A DNA stretch of 64,000 nt from contig OZ242029.1 in NCBI GenBank assembly GCA_965205015.1, forward strand, positions 2,976,001 to 3,040,000, in the 5' to 3' direction. This DNA comes from Candidatus Poribacteria bacterium (GTDB taxonomy: Bacteria; Poribacteria; WGA-4E; WGA-3G). Numbering within the stretch: position 1 is the first letter of the stretch; the number at the start of each line of letters is the position of its first letter. This document shows, in pieces, positions 19,115-29,600 of this stretch. Made by a program: the position numbers and the translations under genes. The notes beneath the pieces are model-generated. The model ran no database searches. It was not told where the DNA came from and was given only the letters and a program-made list of their open reading frames with translations.

Positions 19115-19930
19115 TTAGACATAGGGCCAAAATTGGTTCCATGCCGTCAGCCAATCTTTTGCTCGGCTTTCAACGGTGACGGGACCCGTTATTTCAACGC
19201 CTGTGCGTCCCTTGAATTCCGCGAGTTTATCGACGCTGGAGAGTTCAATTTTGATTGTCGTTGGTGCATCAGGGACATAAGGCTTCACCCGATTTAAATC
19301 CGTGAGAGCATCTCTCGCGGCGTCCTCAATCAATTGGCGGGCACGTACCGGTGGAAGTTGTCGCGCACTATATCGGCTTAGTCCGCGTTTAACAGCGACT
19401 GTGAGCAGTGCATCGCCGAGGAGTGCTTTCGCTTCTCGGCAGACTGCTACGTCGCCTGTGACCAATGCCACTGGCACTCCATAGGCACCGTTGAGCGCGG
19501 CATTCACGCCAGTCTCACCGACAAGGTCATCGTTGAACCAAAGGTTCCGATACTGCACGCTGGAAATCGTATGGCACAACACACCATCAGGTGTACCGTT
19601 GCGGGCATGCATACCGATGAGTAAGCACGCATCACAACCGTCCTTCCACATATCTTCGTAGCGTCCCCATCCGTGATGTGCTACCCACTCACAATCCGGG
19701 TGAATTTTATCTGGGATGAGCGAATTAAAGGTCCACCCTTGTCCTGCCCCGTGGCAATCTACAACGACAATCTCCGTTGCCCCTGCGGCTTTCGCGCCGC
19801 GCACGGCGGCGTTGATCTCCTCCGTATAGAGGTGTCGTCCTTCCTCAAACATCGCCGCGCCGCCGTTCACCTGCTCCCACACGACGATGCCGCTGACACC
19901 CTCCATATCCGACATGATGAGTACTCGCAT
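19115..19930 (-). CDS. M55 family D-aminopeptidase (DppA-like)
   Basis: IMSDMEGVSG, VVDCHG, IGMHA, LCHT, VGETG motifs. Confidence 0.88.
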   Translation of the reverse strand: MRVLIMSDMEGVSGIVVWEQVNGGAAMFEEGRHLYTEEINAAVRGAKAAGATEIVVVDCHGAGQGWTFNSLIPDKIHPDCEWVAHHGWGRYEDMWKDGCDACLLIGMHARNGTPDGVLCHTISSVQYRNLWFNDDLVGETGVNAALNGAYGVPVALVTGDVAVCREAKALLGDALLTVAVKRGLSRYSARQLPPVRARQLIEDAARDALTDLNRVKPYVPDAPTTIKIELSSVDKLAEFKGRTGVEITGPVTVESRAKDWLTAWNQFWPYV

Positions 19931-19973
19931 TGTTCTACTTCCTTTCTTTTGAGTTCGGGGGGTCCGTACTTAC

Positions 19974-20002
19974 AGTATAAACATCTTACGCTTAAAATGC
20001 AA
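19974..20002 (-). promoter_or_regulatory. Sigma70 promoter for M55 peptidase
   Basis: TTGCAT-N17-TATACT. Confidence 0.55.
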
Positions 20003-20065
20003 GAGGCAAATCGGTAGGGCTTAAGGGTATTCAGTTTTAGTTTTTTATAGATTTCCCGTAAGGTA

Positions 20066-20192
20066 TCGCGAGTGGGAGGTCCGTTCTACAAGTATGTGTC
20101 CGGAATCGGAGTTCTCTCCTACAGAAGAACTCTGGTAGATTTTACAATTACTGATACATTCCAAAGCGGCGAGGTTAGGAAACCTCGTCAGC
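20066..20192. repeat. Cluster of three REP-like palindromes
   Basis: TCGCGAGTGGGAGGTCCGTTCTAC; TGTCCGGAATCGGAGTTCTCTCCTAC (24/26 to 32650..32675); GGCGAGGTTAGGAAACCTCGTC (sibling at 40508). Confidence 0.65.
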
Positions 20193-20222
20193 AAGGGTGG
20201 GTTTGCGCTGCTATTGAAATGT

Positions 20223-20251
20223 TTGACATACGTCTTCTGTTGTGATATAAT
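20223..20251 (+). promoter_or_regulatory. Consensus sigma70 promoter of argS
   Basis: TTGACA-N17-TATAAT, extended TG. Confidence 0.8.
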
Positions 20252-20321
20252 TCTGTTGTTACAGAAAATACTTAACCTTATGAAGAAAAACTGATGGATA
20301 TATAATTTCAAGTTCACTCGT

Positions 20322-22031
20322 ATGGATACAATTAAAGCAGAAATCTACGATATTATAGGAAGCGCGATCCACGCCGCCGTTGCTGCTGGGGACATCACGA
20401 TACCCGAAGTGCCAAAGATCCCGTTCTCACCCACTAAAACGCCTGAACACGGGGACATCGCCACGCCGATTGCCCTCGGACTCGCAAAACAGGCACGGCT
20501 GGCACCCCGCAAAATAGCTGAGATAATTGTCTCACACATCGATCTCGATGCCCATCCAGCCATCCGCCAAATCGACATTGCGGGTGCTGGCTTCATCAAT
20601 ATTCACCTCGCCGACAACTATCTCTACGACACACTCCAAACAATCGCTACGATGCAGGAAGCATACGGAACCTGTAACAAGGGAGAAGGGAAACCACTTC
20701 AGATTGAATTCGTCAGTGCCAATCCTACGGGACCCATTAATATCGTCAGTGGGCGCGCTGCGGCAGTCGGGGATACCCTCGTCAATCTCCTAAATGCTAT
20801 AGGCTACAACGCCGTGCGGGAGTACTACGTCAACGATGCAGGCGGACAGGTCGAACGCCTCGGTGAATCCATAGATGTGCGTTATCGGCAAGTGCTCGGT
20901 GAAGACGGATTAGAAATTCCAGAAGGCGGGTATCCAGGTGAATATCTACGGGAATTCGCCCAAACTATCGCTGATACGGAAGGGGATGTCTATCGGGAAC
21001 TTGAGACAGCGGAACGAGTGGCAACTTTCCGAGACAAAGGCATTGCCCACATCTTGGCGCAACAAAAAAGATCGCTCAAACGTTTTGGGATCGATTTCGA
21101 TGTCTGGTCGAGTGAAAAAGCGATCCGAGAGAGTGGAAAACCGGAGGAAATTATTGAGCTGTTCCGCGAGAAGGCGTATCTCTACGAAGCGGAAGGCGCG
21201 ACGTGGTTTCGGATGACAAATTTTGGCGATGATAAGGACTGTGTCGTCATAAAAAGCGACGGAGAATATACCTATTTTGTGCCGGATGCCGCCTATCATC
21301 GCGATAAATTTGACCGAGGTTTCAGGACAGTTATTGATCTGCTTGGACCAGATCACCAAGGGCATATCAGTCATCTCAGAAACTTTGCAAAAGCGATGGA
21401 TTTACCCGACGACTGGCTCGAAATCTTTATCATTCAACAGGTGAACCTCGTCGATGCAGAGGGCAAGCGATCGGATATGTCAAAACGTCGCGGACAGTTT
21501 CTGACCCTTGATGACCTCATTGACGAACTCGCGGAGACGGTCGGCGAACAGTTTGCGGTGGATGTCGCTCGCTATTTTTTCCTCATGCGTGCCAACAATA
21601 CCCATCTCGATTTCAATATGGAATTGGCAGTCACGCATGCCAGCGAAAATCCTGTCTTTTATATCCAATACGCCCATGCACGGTGCTGCAGCATCTTCGA
21701 GCAGGGAGATGCGCAAGGAATTACATCGAAACCTATTGAAGCCGTTTCTCTAAATCGACTCACGGAACCGATGGAACATGAATTAATCCGAAAATTAGCA
21801 GAATTCCCATCGGCTGTACTTTTGAGTGCAGAAGCACGGGAAGCGCATCGCCTTGTACATTACTTACACGAACTGGCAGGAATTTTTCATCCCTACTACA
21901 ATCAACACCGGGTCCTTGATCCCACAGACATGGAAAAGACCTACGCCCGACTCATTCTGATACAGAGCGTGCAAAGGGTGTTGAAAAATGGTTTGACGTT
22001 GCTGGGTATTTCTGCCCCGACGGCTATGTAG
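20322..22031 (+). CDS. argS: Arginine--tRNA ligase
   Basis: IEFVSANPTGP, EYYVNDAGGQ, MSKRRG (KMSKS-like), YIQYAHARCCSI. Confidence 0.96.
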   Translation: MDTIKAEIYDIIGSAIHAAVAAGDITIPEVPKIPFSPTKTPEHGDIATPIALGLAKQARLAPRKIAEIIVSHIDLDAHPAIRQIDIAGAGFINIHLADNYLYDTLQTIATMQEAYGTCNKGEGKPLQIEFVSANPTGPINIVSGRAAAVGDTLVNLLNAIGYNAVREYYVNDAGGQVERLGESIDVRYRQVLGEDGLEIPEGGYPGEYLREFAQTIADTEGDVYRELETAERVATFRDKGIAHILAQQKRSLKRFGIDFDVWSSEKAIRESGKPEEIIELFREKAYLYEAEGATWFRMTNFGDDKDCVVIKSDGEYTYFVPDAAYHRDKFDRGFRTVIDLLGPDHQGHISHLRNFAKAMDLPDDWLEIFIIQQVNLVDAEGKRSDMSKRRGQFLTLDDLIDELAETVGEQFAVDVARYFFLMRANNTHLDFNMELAVTHASENPVFYIQYAHARCCSIFEQGDAQGITSKPIEAVSLNRLTEPMEHELIRKLAEFPSAVLLSAEAREAHRLVHYLHELAGIFHPYYNQHRVLDPTDMEKTYARLILIQSVQRVLKNGLTLLGISAPTAM

Positions 22032-22034
22032 GTG

Positions 22035-22147
22035 GCTGTCAGCGGTCAGCGGTCGGCAATCAGCAAAGAGGCGTTAACGATCGTGTGACTTCTGAGGGGA
22101 CCCTGATGGCTGATGGGCTGATAGTTTCCGACAGCCGATGACGATAG
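22035..22147. repeat. Heptamer-repeat inverted element
   Basis: (GTCAGCG)n...AAAGAGG...(CTGATGG/CTGATAG)n; architecture like 31309 and 47053. Confidence 0.5.
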
Positions 22148-22154
22148 GAAAAAT

Positions 22155-23515
22155 ATGACAATGGATTATAGAAAAACCGATAAGGCGCACGTGTGGCATC
22201 CTCTGTTTCAGCATCAACGCCTTGAAGAAACAACGTTAGCCGTTTTTGAATCGGCGCACGGGACAACGCTTGTAGACGCAGAGGGTCGCGAGTATTTAGA
22301 TGCTTACTCGGCACTCTGGAACGTCAATGTCGGTTATGGTAGACAGGAGATTGCGGATGCCGTCTATGCACAGATACAACAGTTGCCTTACTATCCACAC
22401 TCGCAGATTAACGTCCCCGCCACGGTATTAGCGGAGCAGCTCGCGGCGTGTCTTCCGGGTGATTTGAACCATGTCTTTTTCTCCAACAGTGGTTCCGAGG
22501 CGAATGAAACCGCCATCAAAATGGCACGGCAGTACGGTAGACAAACCTATCCGGGTGAGAATCGCTACAAGATCATCAGTCGATACCGTGGGTATCACGG
22601 GTTTACCTTTGGTGCCTTGTCAGCAACAGGGCAGGCACGCAGACGAAAGGCTTTTGAGCCACTCGTTCCAGGGTTTATACACGCGCATCCCCCTTACTGC
22701 CATCGATGTCCCATTGGATTAGACTACCCATCTTGTGGCACGGAGTGTGCTGATGAGATTGAACGGATAATTCGGTGGGAGGGACCCGAAACAGTCATTG
22801 CTGTCATTGCGGAGCCTATTATTGGTGGCGGTGGTGTGATTGTCCCGCCAGATGAATATCTTCCGAAACTGCGGCAAATCTGTGACGACTACGGTTTGTT
22901 GCTCATCCTTGACGAGGTCATCACCGGTTTCGGACGCACGGGAAAGATGTTTGCCTGTGAGCATTGGGATGTCCAACCCGACCTTATTACGCTGGCAAAG
23001 GGGCTGACGAGCGGTTATCTGCCACTCGGGGCATGTGTCGCCTCAACAGAGGTCTTCAATGCGTTCCTCGGGGAATCCGATGAAAACAAGGAATTCGCTC
23101 AGGTCTGCACCTACGGCGGGCATCCGGTGGCATGTGCCGCTGGGATCGCGAATCTCGAGATTCTCCAAAGGGAACGGCTCTGGGAAAATTCGGAAAAGGT
23201 AGGGGCGTATTTGCTCTCGAAATTAGAAACATTGCGGGATTTACCCATTGTCGGTGATGTGCGTGGCAAGGGATTGATGCTGGCGGTGGAGTTTGTCCAA
23301 GCCGATGGGACGCAGCTGGAAACGGCAACGACCAATCGAATTGTGAGTCAGTTGCGAGACTTTGATACGGGGGGATCATCGTTGGAAAAATTGGACACGC
23401 TGTCGACGAACCCGAAAATATCATTTACATTGCACCGCCCCTGATTCTCACAGAAGCAGAGGCGGACAGAATTTTTGAGACGTTACGTCAAGTACTTGTC
23501 CAACAGGAGTTTTAA
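22155..23515 (+). pseudogene. Class III aminotransferase with a frameshift near 23369-23374
   Basis: FFSNSGSEANE, ILDEVITGFGRTG, TLAKGL (PLP lysine). The C-terminus GIIVGKIG...IYIAPPLILTEAEADRIF...QQEF* lies in the -1 frame after a G6 run and stops at 23513-23515. Confidence 0.8.
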
Positions 23516-24340
23516 TTCGTGCCGCTTCGCTGTGGGTATCTTATCCGGTTGCGTAGCGATCGCGAATTGCAGGGCGGTTGAACAGGGGCAGTTCCGTTCT
23601 CCTTCAGGGATTTTAGCGACAGCAGCCCTTACCGTCTTTTTGGAAGTTTCTACATTAAAACGGACATTTTCAAGGATCATCTCTGTTGTCACGTTATCGT
23701 GTTCAGGGTGCCAACAATCGTAATCGGTGCAACAGGCGAGGACCGCGTAGCAGATTTCAGCCTCACGGGCGAGTTTCGCTTCCGGCGCAGCGGTCATTCC
23801 GATGATGTCAAACCCGAGGTGTCGGTAGAGTTCAGACTCTGCCTGTGTAGAAAATGCCGGTCCTTCCATACAGATATAGGTGCCGCCATTATGCACGGAG
23901 GCCCCGATTTCTGTAGCCGCTGTGGCTAAAAGGGAACTGAGTTGTGGAGAAAAAGGATGTGCAAGGCTGACGTGGGCAGCGATACCGTCGCCGAAGAAGG
24001 TGGATTTTCGGTCTTTGGTATGATCGTAGAGTTGATCCGGCACAACGAAATGGCGGGGTTCAATATCTTGCCGTAGGCTTCCGACGGCACTGACAGAGAT
24101 CAGCCACTCAACACCTAACGATTTTAAGGCATAAATATTCGCTCGGACATTAATCTCAGAAGGAAGGAGCCGATGCCCAACACCGTGCCGCGGTAGAAAA
24201 ACGACGGGCTTCCCATCAAGGTTCCCCAGAATAAGCGCATCGCTCGGTTCACCGAACGGGGTGTCGACCCTGATTTCTTCGACGTCTGTTAAGCCTTCCA
24301 TCTGATAAAAACCGCTGCCGCCAATAATTCCGATACGCAT
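23483..24340 (-). CDS. mtnP: S-methyl-5'-thioadenosine phosphorylase
   Basis: IGIIGGSG, FLPRHG, ICMEGPAFST, IGMT, TDYDCWH. Confidence 0.93.
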   Translation of the reverse strand: MRIGIIGGSGFYQMEGLTDVEEIRVDTPFGEPSDALILGNLDGKPVVFLPRHGVGHRLLPSEINVRANIYALKSLGVEWLISVSAVGSLRQDIEPRHFVVPDQLYDHTKDRKSTFFGDGIAAHVSLAHPFSPQLSSLLATAATEIGASVHNGGTYICMEGPAFSTQAESELYRHLGFDIIGMTAAPEAKLAREAEICYAVLACCTDYDCWHPEHDNVTTEMILENVRFNVETSKKTVRAAVAKIPEGERNCPCSTALQFAIATQPDKIPTAKRHELKLLLDKYLT

Positions 24341-24384
24341 CTTTTGTCCTTTCGTGAGGCGTGACTATCGCCTCCGCTACGTTA

Positions 24385-24414
24385 CTGAAAACCGATAACT
24401 AAAAACTGATAACT
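24385..24414 (+). repeat. Heptamer repeat tract
   Basis: CTGAAAACCGATAACT identical to 31360..31375. Confidence 0.5.
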
Positions 24415-24417
24415 ATT

Positions 24418-25239
24418 ATGGCATTATTGCAGTGTGGTAATTTAACACTTGAGGGAAAATCCAGTTCTGCCGTTGCGACTTACGTACGGGTCAGGGAACT
24501 GGACCTCGTTTTCGATTTAGGCAGATGTCCGATGAATTTTATCGGCATCGGCAATGTTTTCATTTCTCATTTCCACCTGGATCACTATTTCGGGTTGCCT
24601 ATCTACATCAGTCAGCGCTGGCTTGCGGGTATACCGCCGGGGAACATCTACGTCCCGTGGAGTGGGTCTAAGCAACTGATGCATATTCTTGATAGGATCT
24701 CCGCGTTGGATACTGGCAAGAGTTGGGCGTATCAAATCACGCCCGTTCGAGTGGGGGATGAGATTCCGTTTCGGCAAAATTTAGTCGCACACATTTTGCC
24801 AAGCGACCACAGTGTTCCCGCTGTTTCTTATCTGATTTGTGAGGTGCGCAAGAAGCTCAAACCCGAGTTTCGGCATTTGTCAGGGCGCGACATCGCAGAA
24901 CTGAAACGTTCGGGGGTCGAAATAACGACAGAGGTGCAATTGCCCTTAATTGCCTACTTAGGGGATACACGGAGTATCCCTCTTGATGCACATCCATTAC
25001 TCAAACAGTGCAAAGTCCTAATTTGCGAATGCACATTCATCTTACCGGAGCATCGGGTGCGTGCGAAGCGGACAATGCATCTCCATCTTGAGATGTTACC
25101 CTCAATTTTAGAAGATATTGAGAGTGAACACATCGTCTTGACGCACTTCTCCCGCCGTTATACACCGGAACTTATTCGAAAAAAAGTTTTCAATTACTTA
25201 CCACCGCCGGAACGCTCCCGCGTACAACTCTTTCTCTAA
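24418..25239 (+). CDS. MBL-fold RNase Z-like hydrolase
   Basis: SHFHLDH, RKKLKPEF exosite, YLGDT, ICECTF, LTHFSRRY. Confidence 0.82.
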   Translation: MALLQCGNLTLEGKSSSAVATYVRVRELDLVFDLGRCPMNFIGIGNVFISHFHLDHYFGLPIYISQRWLAGIPPGNIYVPWSGSKQLMHILDRISALDTGKSWAYQITPVRVGDEIPFRQNLVAHILPSDHSVPAVSYLICEVRKKLKPEFRHLSGRDIAELKRSGVEITTEVQLPLIAYLGDTRSIPLDAHPLLKQCKVLICECTFILPEHRVRAKRTMHLHLEMLPSILEDIESEHIVLTHFSRRYTPELIRKKVFNYLPPPERSRVQLFL

Positions 25240-26261
25240 TGTGAGACGGCAGTCTGCTGCGTCCTTGCCCGGTCCATGTAGAGATGTGTTGTCAGGAGTG
25301 CCCAGATGGGTGCGAATATAGCGTCTATCAATATGTTTACAACGACCATCACCGCGATTGCCCAAACGGGGGTATGCTGTAAGGTTATTTGGACCTGAAC
25401 GCCAAAAAAGAGATCAAAGAATTTCTCTGATAGTAGTATCTCACGTAAGGGCACAAATTCAGGGGCAACGACAGAAAACAGTAGCAACGTTAAACCGAAA
25501 ACCGCGGTGGTAAACACCATTGTTCCGCAAACAAGCAACAGATACATACCGAAAAACTGCTTCCATTTCCCGCGCACGAGTTCACCACTGCGGCGCAGTG
25601 CAGCGATCGCCGATAGATTCTCAATAATGATCCCTTGGTTGTAGAGGCTCCATTTTACCAGAAAATAAACCGCGGGAATACCAACGATCATCAGCAACAG
25701 AATCGGTGTAGCGGGTGCTACCGGTACATACGGTATCAAAACTTGAGAGAATCCAGTCAAGATAGGTACGACAATGGTAAAAATTCCCGCTGTAGCGAGT
25801 AGCCCGAATAGGACCCATATCCCCAAAATAGATACGATCTTGCGACGTGTATGTCGCCATGCCTTGCCTGAAGTAGCATTTGTGCCACGGTATTGATGGA
25901 CTATGATAAAAGCCAGTGGACACATTGCAAACCATAGAAAACCGATGTCAAAAGCAGATCCATCGAAGCCACCAGTTGTCTGTACACCCATTGATTTCAA
26001 GGAAGCCTGATGCGTTCCTGTTGATCCACTAAATGCCGTGATTCCTCCTGATGTGCTAAAAGTCCATTGTGCCTCTGAAATCCATAATTGAGAAAATAGA
26101 AGCAAGGCACTGTAGAGTGCAAGGCTGACAATGATGACGGGTAACATCACGCGCCAGAACAGACCAAAATGGTGCCGATACTCTCGAAATATTGTTGACA
26201 TAAGTCCGGACCGCTGTGGTACGGAGGTCGTGTTACCTGTATTTTCCAAGGCGTCCTGCAT
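25236..26261 (-). CDS. Integral membrane protein of unknown function
   Basis: About six hydrophobic segments, ALRRSGELVRG; start set at MQDALE (AGGA upstream). Confidence 0.7.
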   Translation of the reverse strand: MQDALENTGNTTSVPQRSGLMSTIFREYRHHFGLFWRVMLPVIIVSLALYSALLLFSQLWISEAQWTFSTSGGITAFSGSTGTHQASLKSMGVQTTGGFDGSAFDIGFLWFAMCPLAFIIVHQYRGTNATSGKAWRHTRRKIVSILGIWVLFGLLATAGIFTIVVPILTGFSQVLIPYVPVAPATPILLLMIVGIPAVYFLVKWSLYNQGIIIENLSAIAALRRSGELVRGKWKQFFGMYLLLVCGTMVFTTAVFGLTLLLFSVVAPEFVPLREILLSEKFFDLFFGVQVQITLQHTPVWAIAVMVVVNILIDAIFAPIWALLTTHLYMDRARTQQTAVSH

Positions 26262-26435
26262 AGCTTTATTCCTATCTGTGGGTTGGATTTCAGACAAGTC
26301 TGTAAAGGTGTGGTGTCGGGTGGTGTATGTAGGGGCAAGTCCCATGCCATCCATCTTCATGTATTTATGAACGATGAAGGCGCGGGGAGCCTTGCCCTAC
26401 AGCACACAACCGATCACTCTTCTACTAAAGCGGCA

Positions 26436-26468
26436 TAGGGAAACTGGATATAGGAGGGGGTTTCCCTA
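26436..26468. other. Intergenic hairpin (TAGGGAAAC...GTTTCCCTA)
   Basis: 9-bp inverted repeat just after the TPR gene stop; no clear U-tract on the minus strand. Confidence 0.35.
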
Positions 26469-26478
26469 AAAATTGAGG

Positions 26479-27879
26479 TTAGCTGCCTATACCGGGATGA
26501 GAACTGGCATCCTGGTCAGACGTTCCCGCTTCTTGTTCCTCGTAGAACTTGTATCCGTCTTCGTCTTGGTCAAGTTCATACTGACGTACAATCTGCTCTG
26601 CTTCGCGAAGGTAGGGTGTATCTCCCTTGGTAATGCTCATATAGGCTTTGAATCCATCATAAGCCGATCCGAATTCACGGATGGAACGATAGCAAACCGC
26701 CTGTTGGTAAACGGCTTCGTTTCGCCATACGGATTCTGGTGCGTTTTCAAACAGATTGTCATAAGCCTCAATTGCCCGCTCGTATTCACCGTTTTGTTGA
26801 TAAAGGGTGCCGATGCGATACATCGCATCTGCCGCGGCGAACTTCTTATGCGACAGGTCTCTCGCCAACGTCTTGTAGGCGTTAATAGCACGCGGGAAGT
26901 TGCGAAGTTTCTCCCAGTTCCCCCCAATCTGTTGGAAATTTTGAACGACCTGATCGCTATATCCCATCACCCACATGTCAGCAGGCGTAATTTTCCGTCC
27001 AGTCTTTTGGTATTCGACGGCTTTCTTATTGCGGAACTTATTAATCTCATCCATTAGAAAACTGATTTCTATCAGGATTTCATTCGTTTGCTTCAGGAGC
27101 GTTCCAGCCTGCGACGCCTCGTAAGAATCTGGAAACTTCTCAGTGACACCCACAAAGGCGGGCCAGCCACCACCATAGTCGAACAGGGTGTAAAAATAGA
27201 CGTTGCCAATCTGGAATTGCGCCTGCGGTGCCTTGGGATGCTTGGAGAACTCTTCGACCATTCGCTCGTAATTGCGGATGGCTTCGGTATAGTTCTCTAA
27301 GCTTTCATAAGCACGCGACACCTCGTAGAGTGCCTCTGCGGCGATATTAAAGGTCTCATCGGTTGGCGAATTGTCGTAAAGTGCTTTATAGTTTTGGTAT
27401 TCAGCCCGCTTTGCCTTAATGACTTCGCGGTTCTTTCGAATATTCGCCGTACCACTTTTCGCTTCGTTTGCGTAATATCCAGTGGGATCTAACGCAACAA
27501 TCGCTTGATAATGCTCAACTGCTTTATCCCAATCATAGCGGCGCTTGTAAATTTTAGCGATTTGGTAGTGTGCACGCTGTGCCCACTTTCCTTTCGTGTC
27601 GCGTTCAATGACCTCTGAGTAGAGGGCTATTGCTTTATCATAGAGTTCTTGCTGCCTTTGGCGATTCTTCTCCATCCTTTCCGGATCATCATCGCGCACG
27701 TCCATAGTTTCTGCCTCGTCAAACGCAGTGTCGGCGTTTTGGAGTTTGGCACCGAGCGGAACGATGTTAATGCCGCCTGGCCCGCATCCGAGAATCGTTA
27801 CTGCGAGGAAAATGAAGGCAAGCATGAGAAGATGGGCTCGGTCTATTCGAAGACCGAAGCCGTATGTGAAACGGTTCAT
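26479..27879 (-). CDS. TPR-repeat lipoprotein (BamD/CpoB-like repeats)
   Basis: Lipobox ILGC; repeated AxYxIAxxY...A...Y TPR units; AAGGAGG RBS. Confidence 0.82.
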   Translation of the reverse strand: MNRFTYGFGLRIDRAHLLMLAFIFLAVTILGCGPGGINIVPLGAKLQNADTAFDEAETMDVRDDDPERMEKNRQRQQELYDKAIALYSEVIERDTKGKWAQRAHYQIAKIYKRRYDWDKAVEHYQAIVALDPTGYYANEAKSGTANIRKNREVIKAKRAEYQNYKALYDNSPTDETFNIAAEALYEVSRAYESLENYTEAIRNYERMVEEFSKHPKAPQAQFQIGNVYFYTLFDYGGGWPAFVGVTEKFPDSYEASQAGTLLKQTNEILIEISFLMDEINKFRNKKAVEYQKTGRKITPADMWVMGYSDQVVQNFQQIGGNWEKLRNFPRAINAYKTLARDLSHKKFAAADAMYRIGTLYQQNGEYERAIEAYDNLFENAPESVWRNEAVYQQAVCYRSIREFGSAYDGFKAYMSITKGDTPYLREAEQIVRQYELDQDEDGYKFYEEQEAGTSDQDASSHPGIGS

Positions 27880-27968
27880 TGTGAGTCCTCCTTAGGAAAA
27901 TAGAAATGTGCCGGTGTGTTTTCAACCAGAACAATATAACCAACCGGCTCCCGTTCATTGTTGAAAAT

Positions 27969-27996
27969 ATTATACTAAATTTGCAAAAAATGTCAA
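27969..27996 (-). promoter_or_regulatory. Sigma70 promoter for TPR lipoprotein
   Basis: TTGACA-N16-TATAAT. Confidence 0.7.
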
Positions 27997-28101
27997 CCCT
28001 TTTTTTAATTTTAGAAATTCCGATCGGTTTGCTGCTTGCTCAGGTTTGTGCTAACTCTTAAAAAATTACGTCTATAGGAACAGACAAACAGGAACAGGAA
28101 A

Positions 28102-29463
28102 GTCACTTACCCCCATTTTTTTCTGAAGGTTTGTGGTGAAAGGTTTTAGTTGTAAAAAGTGTGAGAAACTCAGTGGGTTTATGATAAAATACCTCCTTAC
28201 AGCAACTGTTTGTAAACGCATTTTACAAAACATGTAAGGAGGTATTTTATGAAAAAGAGATACCCAAAACGGGTAAATCCAGAAACGATGATAACACGTT
28301 TTGGAGAAATCTTCAAGTCTGTTGGTATGAAAAAACCGGTTTTTCGGAATCTGGTATTGGTCTTGATAGCGATCAGTGTTGCCCCGACGTTTCGGATCAA
28401 TGAAGTTGCGTCGCGTTTGTCGCTCGTCGTCAAGCGGGAGAAGTCGAAACAGAAAAGGTTTCTGCGTTTCCTTGACACCCCACTGCCGATTGATGCGCTC
28501 AAAGAAGCGTGGTTCGTGTCGGTTGTGGGTTGGTTTTTCAAGGATGCGGGTGCTCATCTGTATTTGCTCGTTGATGAGACGTCTCTGATTGCCGGGTGGA
28601 AAGCCCTTGTTGTTTCGATCCCGTTTCGGCATCGTGCGATCCCTGTCTTTTGGTTCATCTATAGCGATCACCAGCTTCACGAGGGTATCTATAAGAGTCA
28701 TAATGAGATTATCCAATACTTCTGTGTCCATGTTTATCAAGAGGCTTTAGGGGTGGTGTCGCGGCATCAACAACGACCTGTTCTGGTGTTTGACCGTGGT
28801 TTTGGGCGTGCGCGATACGTCATCAAGTTTCTCAAGGCACGGGATATCCCGTTCGTGATGCGTGTTGCGAGAAATGTCGGTATCCGGCATGATGGGAGTC
28901 TGAAGAAACTTGATGACCTCGAAGCGGGCTGGTATCGGCATATCCTTTATCAGGCGCAGGAGCAGATACCGCTTCAACTCTATATCCTCAGAGATGAGAC
29001 CTTCAAAGACCCGATGTATCTTATCTCCAATCGCCTCAGTGGACATCAGATACATCACTGCTACAAACGCCGCATGCAGATTGAACACGGGTTTCGAGAT
29101 ATAAAGTCGTGCTTCGGATTTGGTAAACTCGTCTTGAAAAAACCGACACAAGCGCGTCTGGAGGTCCTTTGGTTATGTGCCTGCCTCGCTTATGGATTGC
29201 TGTTTATCAGTTACGAGAAGGTCGCCTCTACGCATTGGCAGAGGGCATATAATAGTAATAACAGAAAAACTTTTTCTGTTATTACTATTATCAAACGCGT
29301 GCTCACCGACTTATGGAACCAACACTTTCTTATCTCCTTTTTCACCGAGATAGGTGCCAGAGGGGATCCACTTTTCGGACCCACTCACTGACTGACTTTC
29401 TCACAGAAAAACCTGACTACATCAACTACAATCTACTCTCGAAAAAAAATGGGGGTAAGTGAC
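28102..29463 (+). mobile_element. Complete IS4-family insertion sequence (1362 bp)
   Basis: 21-bp TIRs GTCACTTACCCCCATTTTTTT (28102-28122 / 29443-29463); 10-bp TSD GAACAGGAAA (28092-28101, 29464-29473). Confidence 0.93.
28249..29391 (+). CDS. IS4-family DDE transposase
   Basis: LVDET, VFDRGF, YKRRMQIEHGFRDIK (Y-2-R-3-E-6-K). Confidence 0.92.
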   Translation: MKKRYPKRVNPETMITRFGEIFKSVGMKKPVFRNLVLVLIAISVAPTFRINEVASRLSLVVKREKSKQKRFLRFLDTPLPIDALKEAWFVSVVGWFFKDAGAHLYLLVDETSLIAGWKALVVSIPFRHRAIPVFWFIYSDHQLHEGIYKSHNEIIQYFCVHVYQEALGVVSRHQQRPVLVFDRGFGRARYVIKFLKARDIPFVMRVARNVGIRHDGSLKKLDDLEAGWYRHILYQAQEQIPLQLYILRDETFKDPMYLISNRLSGHQIHHCYKRRMQIEHGFRDIKSCFGFGKLVLKKPTQARLEVLWLCACLAYGLLFISYEKVASTHWQRAYNSNNRKTFSVITIIKRVLTDLWNQHFLISFFTEIGARGDPLFGPTH

Positions 29464-29600
29464 GAACAGGAAAAACTTGACAAAACACTGCAAATATGTA
29501 AGAATTGCGTTTGCACAAAACGGTTAACATCCCGACGACGGGATCACTTATTCAACATAATTTTTTCCATGTGAAAGTCAAACGTAACAAGGAGGAAAAC

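Noticed and set aside
20045-20317. 90-aa minus-strand ORF
   Set aside because: Composed of REP repeats and the argS promoter; no coding signature.
26262-26360. N-terminal extension of the membrane protein in the ORF track
   Set aside because: Overlaps a GTAGGGGCAAG REP-like sequence; a better RBS precedes ATG 26261, so it was not counted as an intragenic REP.
28072-28740. 222-aa minus-strand ORF over the IS
   Set aside because: Antisense shadow of the transposase, crosses the IS boundary, no motifs.
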